Numbered from the stretch's first letter, positions 1 through 11,171 are shown. The stretch: 64,000 bases of DNA from Nitrospinaceae bacterium (GCA_965237905.1 OZ250172.1:896001-960000), one strand, 5' to 3'. Program-made: numbers and translations. Notes: generated by a model from the letters alone, not told the origin.

Positions 1-176
1 TCCATCCCGTTTTCGCGAAAGAAAATGCGCATCCTCTGCACCTCTTCGGAATCCGGAGGATTCCCCACACAATAGATCACAGTGGCAAGGGTCGACAACA
101 GAATGGAGCCCCACAAAGAAAACCGGCCCACCCAATTGTCAATTTTGTCTTCTAACTCATGTGGTGTGTCTTCCAT
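1..176 (-). CDS. Partial hypothetical membrane protein (5' end; runs off the left edge)
   Basis: ATG at 176 with upstream GAAGGG. Reads MEDTPHELEDKIDNWVGRFSLWGSILLSTLATVIYCVGNPP..., open to the edge, with one hydrophobic segment. Confidence 0.6.
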   Translation of the reverse strand, partial: MEDTPHELEDKIDNWVGRFSLWGSILLSTLATVIYCVGNPPDSEEVQRMRIFFRENGM

Positions 177-277
177 GATCCCCTTCAAACAAAACATTGA
201 AAATTAAAATATTATCATAACCGCACCCCATGCGGTAGACTTCCGAACCGAAAGCTCTCTTTGACACAGGATGAGGT

Positions 278-1609
278 ATGAATTCCCAACGCTCCATCGG
301 CTATGTTCACCTACTGAAAACCAACCGCCCCTTCCGCCACCTCTGGTATGGACAAGTCGTCTCCGAACTGGGTGACTGGCTGAACAGTATCGCCATTTAC
401 ATGCTCGTCCTCAAACTCAGCGGTACCGGCACCGCCATGGCCTCGGCCATGATGGCCAAACTCCTGCCCATTTTCTTCGTCAGTCCGTTAGCCGGGGTGT
501 TGATCGACCGGATGGACCGGAAAGTCATCATGATCACCAGCGATGTGCTCCGCTTCGTAGTGGTACTTGGATTTCTGTTAGTGGATGACGCCGGTGATTT
601 ATGGCTGCTATACAGCCTGGCAGTGGTGGAGATCGCGCTGGCCGGTTTTTTTGAACCCGCCCGGAGCGCTATCATCCCCTCCCTCACCGCGCGTGAGGAC
701 CTGGTCACCGCCAACGCTCTCAGCGGTTCCACCTGGTCAGTGATGCTGGCCGTCGGCGCCGCGTTGGGCGGGGTGTTGGTAAGCCTGTTCGGCATTAAAG
801 CCGCCTTTATCATCGATGCGTTTACCTTTCTTCTCTCCGCCTGGTTCATCGCCCGTATCCAGTATCCCAAAGAAGCATTGGCAAAACAAAAGGCCGAACG
901 CTCGGATGCTTCAGGATTCAAAACGCTGGTGGACGGCATGCGCTATCTTATATCGCAACCGATGATTTTCGTCCTGGCTTTGATGAAATCCGGACTTGCA
1001 GTCGCCGGTGGGGTGATGACTCTCATCCCGCTCTACGCCAACAAAATGTTCGCTTCCGTCTCCGCCTCCGCCATTTCGATGGCCATCGGCGTCATGTATT
1101 CCGCAAGAGGATTGGGAGCCGCTCTGGGACCCATCCTCGTAAAGAAATTTTTCGGCGATTCCACCCGCGTGCTTCAGCTATCCATTCTGTTCGCGTTCTT
1201 TCTAGGATCCCTGTCCTATTTTCTTTTTGCTCAATCGCATAGTTTATGGTCTGCCTCCCTGAGTATCGCGCTGGCCACTTTTTTCGGCTCCATCATCTGG
1301 GTATTCAGTTCCGCGTTGATCCATCTGGAAGCCGACAGCCGGTTCCTGGGACGGGTGTTCAGTACCGAAATGGCGCTGTTGACTCTGGTGATGGGACTCA
1401 GCAACTGGTCGACCGGGTTCGCCGTGGATACCTTGGAATTGACCACCCATCAAACGGGTATGTGGATGGCCGGCCTGTTCGTGATTCCTGGAGTATTGTG
1501 GGGAGGGTTTTTACTGTTCATGAACTCCGGGTTCAAGCAGGGCGAATGCGTGGACTCCGTCTGCCCGGTGGAACCCAGTGATTCGAAAATCCCCCCGACT
1601 TCGGTTTAA
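278..1609 (+). CDS. MFS transporter (DHA3/MFS_3-like)
   Basis: About 12 hydrophobic segments; motif A GVLIDRMDRK; FRHLWYGQVVSELGDW start typical of the family. Confidence 0.9.
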   Translation: MNSQRSIGYVHLLKTNRPFRHLWYGQVVSELGDWLNSIAIYMLVLKLSGTGTAMASAMMAKLLPIFFVSPLAGVLIDRMDRKVIMITSDVLRFVVVLGFLLVDDAGDLWLLYSLAVVEIALAGFFEPARSAIIPSLTAREDLVTANALSGSTWSVMLAVGAALGGVLVSLFGIKAAFIIDAFTFLLSAWFIARIQYPKEALAKQKAERSDASGFKTLVDGMRYLISQPMIFVLALMKSGLAVAGGVMTLIPLYANKMFASVSASAISMAIGVMYSARGLGAALGPILVKKFFGDSTRVLQLSILFAFFLGSLSYFLFAQSHSLWSASLSIALATFFGSIIWVFSSALIHLEADSRFLGRVFSTEMALLTLVMGLSNWSTGFAVDTLELTTHQTGMWMAGLFVIPGVLWGGFLLFMNSGFKQGECVDSVCPVEPSDSKIPPTSV

Positions 1610-1626
1610 ATCCAGGGGATGAGCGG

Positions 1627-1980
1627 TCAACCGCTGATGAAATGATCCGCCAGGGATTTTCCGATATCGAAATGGCTGGTGACCTGCCCGCTGTTGTCCT
1701 GCGTTTGCGCCCAGGCATACGCCTCCTCAACTTGTTGGCTGAAACCCAGGGCATGCAACACGCCGACGGAGACATAGCTGGAGGCAAGATCGGGGGATTG
1801 CGAATAGCCCGCCACCAACTCCCGCATGAACTCCATTTCCTCCGGCGAGAGACTCCGGTATTTGTTGACGAGGTTGACCAGATTCTCCTCACCATAAGAG
1901 TTGTTGTAATTCGCTCCGACAATCGGCTCCCGGTACAGGCGGAGGATATCCTCTTCCAGAAGTTTGTAATCCACATTCAT
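1627..1980 (-). CDS. Hypothetical protein, 117 aa
   Basis: Begins 4 nt after the def stop on the same strand; protein-like composition. Confidence 0.7.
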   Translation of the reverse strand: MNVDYKLLEEDILRLYREPIVGANYNNSYGEENLVNLVNKYRSLSPEEMEFMRELVAGYSQSPDLASSYVSVGVLHALGFSQQVEEAYAWAQTQDNSGQVTSHFDIGKSLADHFISG

Positions 1981-1984
1981 GAGT

Positions 1985-2554
1985 TTAAATCACCTCCGGG
2001 CTTTGAGCGGATTCCTTCTCGGTCCAATAGGTTTGCCATTCCTCGGCCCAAGCCAATTGCGTGAGATCTGTCATCCGGTCGAGAAACACCTTGCCCAGCA
2101 AATGATCGATCTCATGCTGTAATACCACCGCCAAAAACCCTTTGGCCTCCACCACCACTTTTTCACCTTCGCGCGAGAAGGCTTCCACCGTCACCTCTTT
2201 GGGCCGGGTGACCAATCCGCGCAAGTCTTTCAAACTCAGACATCCTTCCCAGAATGAGGCGGTTTCCTTTCCGGAATGGGTGATCACTGGATTCACATAA
2301 ACGGTCAAGGGGATATCATCCTGGGAAGGGTAGCGCTCATTCTGCTGGTATTCGACGATTACAATTTGCAACGAACGGGCCACCTGCGGAGCGGCGATGC
2401 CGACCCCGCCTTCTTCCCGCATGGTATCAACCATGTCATCGATGAAGTGTTGCAGTTCATTGTCACCGGATGCGGTTAATGCTTTCAGGTCCACCAGCTT
2501 GGCTATTTCCCGCAATATCGGATGGCCGAGCCGCGCAATATTCAAAACCGACAA
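1985..2554 (-). CDS. def: Peptide deformylase
   Basis: Motifs GVGIAAPQV, EGCLS and QHEIDHLLG. TTG start with AGGAG RBS. Confidence 0.97.
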   Translation of the reverse strand: MSVLNIARLGHPILREIAKLVDLKALTASGDNELQHFIDDMVDTMREEGGVGIAAPQVARSLQIVIVEYQQNERYPSQDDIPLTVYVNPVITHSGKETASFWEGCLSLKDLRGLVTRPKEVTVEAFSREGEKVVVEAKGFLAVVLQHEIDHLLGKVFLDRMTDLTQLAWAEEWQTYWTEKESAQSPEVI

Positions 2555-2800
2555 TTTTTTTCTCCTAAATTCAAATTACTTTTGCAATCGAAGAGTTAAC
2601 CATCAAAAGTAAAATTTTTTATTAGACTTGGGGAAAGTTTTCCACAATGGAGTGGATCACTCTTTCAAAAATCCATTCCTTGCAAACGCTTTGGAAAGGT
2701 ACAAGTTATCTTAACATAAATGGCAAAGTTCAAAAACAGGCATACCCCTTTATCCCCCGCCAATACTAGACGAAAAGAGGGTTGCCGTCACATTTTTTGT

Positions 2801-2828
2801 TTGACTTTTACTTGCCATTTTTTATAAT
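2801..2828 (+). promoter_or_regulatory. Putative sigma70 promoter for hup
   Basis: TTGACT-16 bp-TATAAT. Confidence 0.55.
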
Positions 2829-2881
2829 TGAACCCGCTGCAACCCTACCCACCTCTACCATCCTCGAAAGGAGGGGTTCCC

Positions 2882-3160
2882 TTGACAAAAGACGAGTTGA
2901 TCGGCGCCGTTGCAAAAAACGTAAAGGATTCCGCTTTAAGTAAACGATTAACGGGAGACGTCCTCGATGCAGCATTCGATGTAATCGGGAAGTCTATCAA
3001 GAAGGAAAAACGTTTCGCCTATCCGGGATTCGGTACCTTCACGGTACGTTCCCGAAAAGCCAGGAACGGACGCAATCCACAAACCGGAGAAGAAATTAAA
3101 ATCAAAGCAAGCAAAACTGTTGGGTTTAAACCCGCTCCGACTCTCAAAAACACGTTGTAA
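2882..3160 (+). CDS. hup: Nucleoid protein HU
   Basis: MTKDELI...GFGTFTVRSRKARNGRNPQTGEEIKIKASKTVGFKP. TTG at 2882 follows an AAAGGAGG RBS. Confidence 0.95.
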   Translation: MTKDELIGAVAKNVKDSALSKRLTGDVLDAAFDVIGKSIKKEKRFAYPGFGTFTVRSRKARNGRNPQTGEEIKIKASKTVGFKPAPTLKNTL

Positions 3161-3205
3161 GTTGACTTAAATTTCTCCGCAAGATTCGGATCCATTAAAA
3201 GTAAG

Positions 3206-3245
3206 AACGCCCAAAGGCTATAAAACCTTTGGGCGTTTTTTCTTT
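3206..3245 (+). terminator. Rho-independent terminator after hup
   Basis: AACGCCCAAAGG-8 nt-CCTTTGGGCGTT followed by a T run. Confidence 0.85.
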
Positions 3246-3328
3246 CCAGCATCATTGAATATTGAAAGCTCAATGAACCCCGGCATTCATTTCCGGAGTT
3301 TTCATGTGAATGATTTTTTGTTGTTCCT

Positions 3329-3694
3329 CTAGTTTTCCTTGGCTTTCTGAGCCCTCAGGATATCCAATTCAAATTCCTTAAACTTCCCCTGATTGGCCTC
3401 CTGTGGCCTTCGTGTTTTCCGGGTAAAGTCGTTGAGGGTAAACTGTTTTTCAAGGTAATGGCAGGTACGGCACTCCGTCGCATACCGGAACACTTTCCGT
3501 TTGTAAAGCAGGGACTTCTCTTCAACGTGGCCGGCCGGGTTAAAATCCCGGTGGATATGGCAACTTCGGCAGTAATCATTGATAATTTTGTTGCTGTCTG
3601 CCGCAACAAAATCTCCATCGAAGGCTTTTTCGATTTTCTGGGTATAACAACCCACACTCATCCCAATCAGGGCCAAAACCCAAAACCACTTCAT
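3329..3694 (-). CDS. Diheme cytochrome c lipoprotein
   Basis: Signal MKWFWVLALIGMSVG-C; two CxxCH motifs (CRSCH, CRTCH). Confidence 0.75.
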   Translation of the reverse strand: MKWFWVLALIGMSVGCYTQKIEKAFDGDFVAADSNKIINDYCRSCHIHRDFNPAGHVEEKSLLYKRKVFRYATECRTCHYLEKQFTLNDFTRKTRRPQEANQGKFKEFELDILRAQKAKEN

Positions 3695-3861
3695 CTCAAA
3701 TAAACCTCGCCGCCACATTCGATTTACAGGCACCGCAACCTCTATCTCTTAGAAATCAATATATTGTATTGAAACCTATTATACATTTGCGCCGGGAACA
3801 AACAAAAACTTTACAACCCGATAAATTTAGGGAAAATAAAGTACAGGCGGGAAAAACTTTC

Positions 3862-4563
3862 TCAAGCGTTGTTGTTCGAGCGGATCAAATCGTAGATTTT
3901 CAGAACCTTATTGGAATAGTCCACCGGGAGCTGCCTGCCTTGCTGAATGTAACGTTCCAACTTGGTGGGACCATGATTATAAGCTTCCAACGCCAGCTTC
4001 ACATCGTTGTTAAAACGATTCTGGAGCTTGTTAAGGTAGTAAGTCCCCAAGGTAATATTGGAATCCGGCCTGAAGAGAGTCGGTTTCCCCTCCCACGGCA
4101 GGTTGACTTCGGTAGCCATGGCATGCCCCGTCCGCGGACGGATTTGCATCAACCCCAAGGCACCCCGATGGGACTTGGCCCAATTGTTGAACGAACTTTC
4201 CGTAACAATGAGGGCAGTCAACAGGAAGGGGTCATAATCGTATTTCTGGCTTGCTTCATAGATCCATTGAGGAATCTTGTTCAGGGAAGCCCCGTCCAGA
4301 CCGGTAGAATAAGAGGAAATAACATCAAAAATCTTGTTTTTGATTCTCTGCTTTTCACGCAGGGTGACATGGAAATTCTGGTATTCTTGCTCCAGGTTAA
4401 TTTTCAAAAAGTGGCTTTCGTCCAAGGAGGTAATTGCCGATGAGTAATACACGGGGACCCCACTGAGATAATTGATACTCCCGGAGAAACCCCCTAGAAA
4501 CCCAAAGACAATCGATACCGATAACAGGGTAGTTAAATTTTTTATAGAAGCATTAATATCCAT
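3862..4563 (-). CDS. Lytic transglycosylase (SLT domain), N-terminally anchored
   Basis: ALIVTESSF, GALGLMQI, NITLGTYYL and ALEAYNHG motifs. Confidence 0.92.
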   Translation of the reverse strand: MDINASIKNLTTLLSVSIVFGFLGGFSGSINYLSGVPVYYSSAITSLDESHFLKINLEQEYQNFHVTLREKQRIKNKIFDVISSYSTGLDGASLNKIPQWIYEASQKYDYDPFLLTALIVTESSFNNWAKSHRGALGLMQIRPRTGHAMATEVNLPWEGKPTLFRPDSNITLGTYYLNKLQNRFNNDVKLALEAYNHGPTKLERYIQQGRQLPVDYSNKVLKIYDLIRSNNNA

Positions 4564-4831
4564 CTTAACCCTTTGTGAGTGATAAAATTTACATCGGATG
4601 TTTTCTATGTAAATGTTAGAAAAAATTGAACTTATCCGCCAGATCCTTAAAATCCTTTGTTCATAAGGGTTTTGATGGCTTTGGTCGGTGCAACTACCAA
4701 ATTCGGACGGAGTATACGGAGGTCCAGATTAATTGTCAAACCCACTTTTCAGCAAAAATCCGGGAAATCGTTGATTTTTCCCTCGGAATTACTATAATGG
4801 CTTCCAATAAATCATTAATAAAATTGGCGTT

Positions 4832-7800
4832 ATGAAAATTACCTGCCCTAAATGTCAGGCCGCCTACAAGATTGATCTTCCTGATCCAAGTGAAGCTGGT
4901 ATCGACGTCCAGTGCGGAAAATGTCTTTATATTTTCCAATTTAGCCCGGACTCTGATTTACCAGAAGGCCGCCCTTCCGAACCAATACTACCACCCCAAA
5001 AGGATGAGTATCAAGAGATTTCTGACTCTAAAAAACGGCCTCTCCAATCCAAAAAACAGACCCCCTCCTCACCGGGAAAAGACCGGGAAACCTCTGAGGA
5101 ATTGGAACTTGAACCCATTTTGTATGACCATGAACCTATTGAAATCATTATAGAAAATGAAACTCCCGGGGATTCCCTGGAAAAAGAAGCTCTGGAAGAT
5201 ATTTGGGATCAGGCAGTACAAGAAGGGGCTCGTACGATCGGTAAATCCAAAAAAACGCCCCCACCCCCGGTAAAAAAATCAAAACGGCTACCTTCCTTGG
5301 AAGATCGACAACGGGAAATCGACCGGATGATCGCCGATCACCAGGCGGAACAGGGAGAATCCGGTGAAAAACCCCCGGCTGAAAAATCACAGCCCTCCCT
5401 AACCCAGAAGGACCTGCAACAGGAAAAAACCCAGGAGGAAATTGACCTCGAGGAACAGGTTGTCATCAACGAAGGAGAAGCCACACCCAACTGGGAGGAG
5501 GCTTTCGCTCATCAGTCCGAGGTAGAAGCAGGATGGAAAAAGGCCCAGGAGCAAGACCGAATCCTGGAAGAACAACAACTCGCAGAAGCTTTGGGCAAAA
5601 AAGCTTTACCCAAGGAACCCTCCACAGAAGAAAAGGCCCCCACAGTTCCCCAGGAGGACAAACAAAGCGTCGTTGATGAGATTTTCGCCGAAGTCAAAGG
5701 CTCTCAAGAAGCCCCAAAAGAGATCGCTAAAACGCCTCAACCGGAACCCGAAGCGGACCAAAAACAAGAAGTGGTCGGCCAAATCTTCGCCGAAGCCAAA
5801 GCCCAACGGGAAAAAATCCAGGAGGAAATTGACCTCGAGAAACAGGTCACCCTCGACCAGGCAGAAGCCATGCCCAGTTGGGAAGAAGCCTTCGCTGATC
5901 AGTCCGAAGTAGAAACCGGATGGAGAAAAGCCCAGGCGAAGGATCGTATCCACGAAGAACAACAACTTGCCGATGCTTTGGGCGAGGAATACATACCCTC
6001 GGAGCCCCCCGCTGAAGAAACACCGGTAACGCAGGAAAATAAACAGAATCTCGTCGATCAATTATTCGCAGAAGCGCAGTCTCAACAGGAAACCGCTGAG
6101 CCGCCTGAGGCGATAACGCAGGACGAACCTCTGGAAGTATCCGGTGAAAAGGTTCCGTCCTCTGAAATTCAGGAGACTCACGTTGATCAACACACGATTC
6201 CCGGCGGGATCGATCTGATGACTGATCTGGATGACCTGAATATGAAAGAACTGGTCACCCAAGCTTTTAAGGAGGCGTCTGAATCGCAAGAGAAAACCGA
6301 ACGCTCAACACCCGAAACCACTACTGCCGAGACGCCTCAGGAGGAAGAACTCGAAATGGAACCCCTTCTGGAGACTGCCGGAACTCCAGCAGAAGCAGAA
6401 ACAGTTATCATGACGTTCCCTATCGAAATGAAGTCGGAACCTGAAGTGGAGCCGGAACCCGAGCCCGAAATGGAGCTGGAACCCGAGCCCGAAATGGAGC
6501 CCGAGCTCACTATGGAATCTCAAGAGACAACCGTCCCCTCCGCAGAGCAACCCACTACGAGTCAGGGGTCCTCTTATGATGATGAAGCAGACCTTTGGGC
6601 CAATCTGCTCCCCGAATACGAGGAAGAAGCACAGCCCGTCGACACAGAGGCCCCAACAGCCTTTGCCGAGGAAGAGGCAAAGGAAGAAACACAGCCCGTC
6701 GACGCGGAGGCTCCAGTAGCCTTTTCCGAGGAAGAGGGAGAGGAACCTTTCGGAGGAAACGATTTCTGGGATCAAGTGCTTGAAAAAGAGTCCGAGGAAT
6801 CCCAAACGGCCGAAACCGAGGCCAAGACCGAACCGCAACCGGTTGCATCTGCACCCGTGGCCCAGGATACGGCCGAGCGCGAAGCCTTAACGGATGAGGA
6901 ACTCTGGAAGCAGGCCTTTCCGGGGGAAGAAGAATTCCAGCCAACCACTCCACAATACTCTGGCGAGAAGGAAGATGATTCCAAATCAAAAGTAGCCCCC
7001 CTAGTCATTGGAGCCAACGTCAAAACGAACGAAGATCCGGAAGACTCTCTGAAATATGACGACGCGGCCTACGCGGATTATGATGACGATGACGAATTCG
7101 AATTCCAACGCAGGAAGCGAAAACTCGGCCCCTTCACCCTGCCACACGGGCGGCGTGGCGATTGGGTCATCGGCGGAGCCATGGTGGTATTCCTTTTGCT
7201 CGCCGGAAGTGCTTATTTCATCCTGCAGACTTTCGCCCCCGGCGAATTGACCGATATCCAGACGGCCAAAACCGACGAAGTCCCGGAAGGCCTGAGCCCG
7301 CGCGACGTGCCTTTGGACGAACCGACAGGGGACCTGACGTCTCCCAAACCGCCTAAACCGGAAAAAACTCCAACGATGGACACGCCGGGAGACAAGGGAG
7401 AAGCCATCCTTTCCGACCCGTCCAAAATTCTGGAAGAATCTCCGGAAGAGAAGGGAATTTTAAAGGATCTGGCCGAATCCCAAATCCTGAAGGACACCGG
7501 TAAATCCCAGACCGCCAAGATCAATCAATCCGCTCTGCAGACGCTCACCGGCCACTCTGTCACCATGAGCACCATCATGCCCGTCGCCTACAATCCAACG
7601 GATATCCGCGTGCTCAGCTTCAGCGTGGAGATGCAGTTGAGCGATGCCCAAAGCGCAAAAATGATGCGCGAATCCCTGCCCGTTTACGAGGAAATCATGA
7701 ACCGGACGGTGGAGGATCTCCTGCGGCGCAAATTTTATAACGATGTTCTCTACGTCAAAGAAAAACTACAGAAACGCCTGCAAACAGCCATGAACAAATC

Positions 7801-7855
7801 CCTCAAGAATGGCCGCGTCCGAAAAACCAAGTTCGTCGACTTCGCTATTCAGTAA
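4832..7855 (+). CDS. Zinc-ribbon (MJ0042-type) protein with long acidic linker, TM helix and C-terminal FliL-like domain
   Basis: MKITCPKC...VQCGKC at the N-terminus; E/P-rich linker; TM WVIGGAMVVFLLLAGSAYFIL; FliL-like end GRVRKTKFVDFAIQ. Confidence 0.75.
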   Translation: MKITCPKCQAAYKIDLPDPSEAGIDVQCGKCLYIFQFSPDSDLPEGRPSEPILPPQKDEYQEISDSKKRPLQSKKQTPSSPGKDRETSEELELEPILYDHEPIEIIIENETPGDSLEKEALEDIWDQAVQEGARTIGKSKKTPPPPVKKSKRLPSLEDRQREIDRMIADHQAEQGESGEKPPAEKSQPSLTQKDLQQEKTQEEIDLEEQVVINEGEATPNWEEAFAHQSEVEAGWKKAQEQDRILEEQQLAEALGKKALPKEPSTEEKAPTVPQEDKQSVVDEIFAEVKGSQEAPKEIAKTPQPEPEADQKQEVVGQIFAEAKAQREKIQEEIDLEKQVTLDQAEAMPSWEEAFADQSEVETGWRKAQAKDRIHEEQQLADALGEEYIPSEPPAEETPVTQENKQNLVDQLFAEAQSQQETAEPPEAITQDEPLEVSGEKVPSSEIQETHVDQHTIPGGIDLMTDLDDLNMKELVTQAFKEASESQEKTERSTPETTTAETPQEEELEMEPLLETAGTPAEAETVIMTFPIEMKSEPEVEPEPEPEMELEPEPEMEPELTMESQETTVPSAEQPTTSQGSSYDDEADLWANLLPEYEEEAQPVDTEAPTAFAEEEAKEETQPVDAEAPVAFSEEEGEEPFGGNDFWDQVLEKESEESQTAETEAKTEPQPVASAPVAQDTAEREALTDEELWKQAFPGEEEFQPTTPQYSGEKEDDSKSKVAPLVIGANVKTNEDPEDSLKYDDAAYADYDDDDEFEFQRRKRKLGPFTLPHGRRGDWVIGGAMVVFLLLAGSAYFILQTFAPGELTDIQTAKTDEVPEGLSPRDVPLDEPTGDLTSPKPPKPEKTPTMDTPGDKGEAILSDPSKILEESPEEKGILKDLAESQILKDTGKSQTAKINQSALQTLTGHSVTMSTIMPVAYNPTDIRVLSFSVEMQLSDAQSAKMMRESLPVYEEIMNRTVEDLLRRKFYNDVLYVKEKLQKRLQTAMNKSLKNGRVRKTKFVDFAIQ
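5421..6075 (+). repeat. Intragenic duplication, 387-nt (129-aa) offset
   Basis: CCAGGAGGAAATTGACCTCGAG at 5431 and 5818; protein QEEIDLE..WEEAFA.QSEVE.GW.KAQ..DRI.EEQQLA.ALG occurs twice. Confidence 0.9.
6436..6508 (+). repeat. 24-bp tandem repeat (EPEPEMEL-like)
   Basis: GGAACCCGAGCCCGAAATGGAGC at 6454 and 6478, plus degenerate flanking copies. Confidence 0.85.
6621..6737 (+). repeat. 60-bp tandem repeat, two copies
   Basis: AGGAAGAA.CACAGCCCGTCGAC at 6621 and 6681 (EE.QPVD.EAP.AF.EEE). Confidence 0.85.
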
Positions 7856-7885
7856 CTCCCAAAATACTCTGAGGGTGCCATCCGT

Positions 7886-8932
<1,047 letters not shown>

Positions 8933-9190
8933 TTAGTTGGGGGGATAAATGCTGACTTTTTTCTTGGAACGGGTAAACCACTCGAATTTGACCCCGCCGG
9001 GGACTTTGGCGAACAAAGTGTAGTCGGTACCCACACCGACATTCGCCCCCGGATGGACCGAGGTGCCGCGTTGCCGCACGATAATTTCGCCGGCTTTTAC
9101 CGTTTGCCCACCGTACCGTTTGACGCCCAAGCGTTTCCCGATGCTGTCTCTTCCGTTGGATGTACTGCCCTGTCCTTTTTTGTGCGCCAT
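8933..9190 (-). CDS. rpmA: 50S ribosomal protein L27
   Basis: [24 protein letters not shown]. Confidence 0.99.
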   Translation of the reverse strand: MAHKKGQGSTSNGRDSIGKRLGVKRYGGQTVKAGEIIVRQRGTSVHPGANVGVGTDYTLFAKVPGGVKFEWFTRSKKKVSIYPPN

Positions 9191-9201
9191 GACGTCTCCC
9201 G

Positions 9202-9516
9202 TTACTTCTTAGAAATATCCGTGATTTTCAAATATGTGATCAACTGCCGATGTCCATTTGTCCGGCGATATTTTTTCCGGCGCTTTTTTTTGAACACCAG
9301 GATCTTTGGGCCCTTGGCCTGATCGATAATTTCGCAGGTCACCTTGCTTCCGTCCAAAATTGGAGAGCCCACGTCCACTTTGTCCTCTTCACCAATCATC
9401 AGAACCTGGTCCAGAGTCACTTTGTCCCCCACGTTGCCTTCCAGCTTTTCAACTTGAATGACGTCGCCCTGGGAAACTTTGTACTGCTTTCCACCGGTTT
9501 TCATTACAGCAAACAT
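9202..9516 (-). CDS. rplU: 50S ribosomal protein L21
   Basis: [14 protein letters not shown]...[16 protein letters not shown]. Confidence 0.99.
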   Translation of the reverse strand: MFAVMKTGGKQYKVSQGDVIQVEKLEGNVGDKVTLDQVLMIGEEDKVDVGSPILDGSKVTCEIIDQAKGPKILVFKKKRRKKYRRTNGHRQLITYLKITDISKK

Positions 9517-9601
9517 TACGATTCAATACTCCTGAAAATAGATCGGCAGGAACGGCTTGCGGCCCGGCCTTTTCAATAATTTAACACGGAACGAACCCAG
9601 C

Positions 9602-9630
9602 ATAGTACTTAATAAGAAAGGCCAAGTCAA
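9602..9630 (-). promoter_or_regulatory. Putative sigma70 promoter of rplU-rpmA-obgE
   Basis: Minus strand TTGACT-17 bp-TACTAT. Confidence 0.6.
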
Positions 9631-9745
9631 TAATAACTCCGCCTAAGCCCACATCCCTGAAATGGGGGGTTCCATTTTCCCCGCTTGCACATATTTCCAG
9701 GGAAATGCTATAAGAAGACAGTCAATCCACCACTCGGAATTATTT

Positions 9746-10312
9746 ATGTCGTTGAAAGACAAGGAGAAATGGAACGCCAAGTACGGGTCTACCGCAGGCT
9801 TGGACGGACGGGGACCCAGCCAGTGGCTGGCGGATCATGCTGGCATGCTTGCGGGCAAGGGCAAGGCCCTCGATATCGCCATGGGGGAAGGGAGAAATAC
9901 CCTGTTCACGGCCTCGCTGGGTTATGATGTCTTGGGGGTCGATATTTCCGAGGTCGGCGTCTCCCGCGCCGAGGCCCTGGCCCGGCAAAATAACCTAACG
10001 ATTCATACCCAAATTGCCGATCTGGATAACTATAAAATCGGGGAAAATACCTACGACTTGATCCTGTGTTTTTATTTCCTCAACCGTCGCCTGTTCGAGG
10101 GTATTCGAAAAGGATTGAAACCCGGCGGCACCTTGATATTTAAAACGTTCACGGTGGATTATCTGAAATACAGCGGCTTCAAACGGGAATGGGTGCTGGA
10201 GAAAAACGAATTGCGGGAAGCATTTCCCGAGCTGAAAATACTCGATTACCAGGAAGTAGACGAACCCGAGAACGAAATAGCCTATGCCTCACTGGTAGCC
10301 CGGAAGGAATGA
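9746..10312 (+). CDS. Class I SAM-dependent methyltransferase (TehB-like)
   Basis: ALDIAMGEGRN, GVDIS, YDLILCFYFL, LKPGG. Likely start MSLKDKEKW. Confidence 0.85.
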   Translation: MSLKDKEKWNAKYGSTAGLDGRGPSQWLADHAGMLAGKGKALDIAMGEGRNTLFTASLGYDVLGVDISEVGVSRAEALARQNNLTIHTQIADLDNYKIGENTYDLILCFYFLNRRLFEGIRKGLKPGGTLIFKTFTVDYLKYSGFKREWVLEKNELREAFPELKILDYQEVDEPENEIAYASLVARKE

Positions 10313-10322
10313 TCACTCATCG

Positions 10323-11171
10323 ATGAAAAAATTGACGGACTCTAAAACAATCGGGCACTTTAATAGCCCTCTCGTTGCCACAATCATGATTGTTCTGGTT
10401 CTTGCGGGTTGCAGTTCCACCCACAAGTCGGCGGGAAAAACATTGACCACGGAGGGTTTCAAGCTCACCTATACCGACAAGGCGCAGGCCGGCAGAGAGA
10501 TCAACGAGTTGACCCTGCAACACCCGTTACCCATTACCGAGCGGCAAATCGTGTTTCACATGGTGGCCCTGACCTATGAAAACTATTCTCTGCTGGGCAA
10601 GGCCGGTCCGGTGTTCACCAAGGACGATATCAAGAAGACCAAGCGCCTATTGACCAAGGCACTCAGCAAAGCGCATTCACAAAACATCATCGGTTTCGAA
10701 CTGGAATCCGAGGGCGGTACCACCAAGGGTGAACTGTTCGCCAACCAGGGGAACCTGCACTGGCGGTTCTTTGAAATCCAGGGAGTGAAATATTCGTTAA
10801 CGCGCAACCAGATGGCGCGCTATGGAACCGCCTGGCGGATGGTGACCAAGAAAGGACAGAAGTTCCACGTGACGGACAAACTCCTGGGCGCCAAGCAGTG
10901 GACTAATTGGATCGAGGCTAAAATCAATCTCCCGGCTCCGGCGAATCTGAAAATCGCCCGCCCCAAGAAAAAGCGCGCGAATCCCGGCACAGCTCAATCC
11001 GAACCTCCTCCTTCTTCTCAATCGAGCCCGCCGAAAGCCACCGCTCCAGGAAAAAGCACAACCGACTTGGAAGAAAAATTGAAATTCCTGAAATACCTGC
11101 ACGAAAACCAGTTGATTGACAAACGGGAATATGAACAGAAACGCAAAGACCTGCTGGATCAATACCTCTGA
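10323..11171 (+). CDS. Lipoprotein with C-terminal SHOCT-like domain
   Basis: Lipobox VLAG-C; Pro-rich linker; LEEKLKFLKYLHENQLIDKREYEQKRKDLL. Confidence 0.75.
   Translation: MKKLTDSKTIGHFNSPLVATIMIVLVLAGCSSTHKSAGKTLTTEGFKLTYTDKAQAGREINELTLQHPLPITERQIVFHMVALTYENYSLLGKAGPVFTKDDIKKTKRLLTKALSKAHSQNIIGFELESEGGTTKGELFANQGNLHWRFFEIQGVKYSLTRNQMARYGTAWRMVTKKGQKFHVTDKLLGAKQWTNWIEAKINLPAPANLKIARPKKKRANPGTAQSEPPPSSQSSPPKATAPGKSTTDLEEKLKFLKYLHENQLIDKREYEQKRKDLLDQYL

Noticed and set aside
2638..2646. DnaA-box match TTTTCCACA suggesting oriC
   Set aside because: Single box, with no cluster and no dnaA/dnaN context.
6436..6737. Short repeats as a possible CRISPR array
   Set aside because: In-frame coding repeats without unique spacers; no cas genes.
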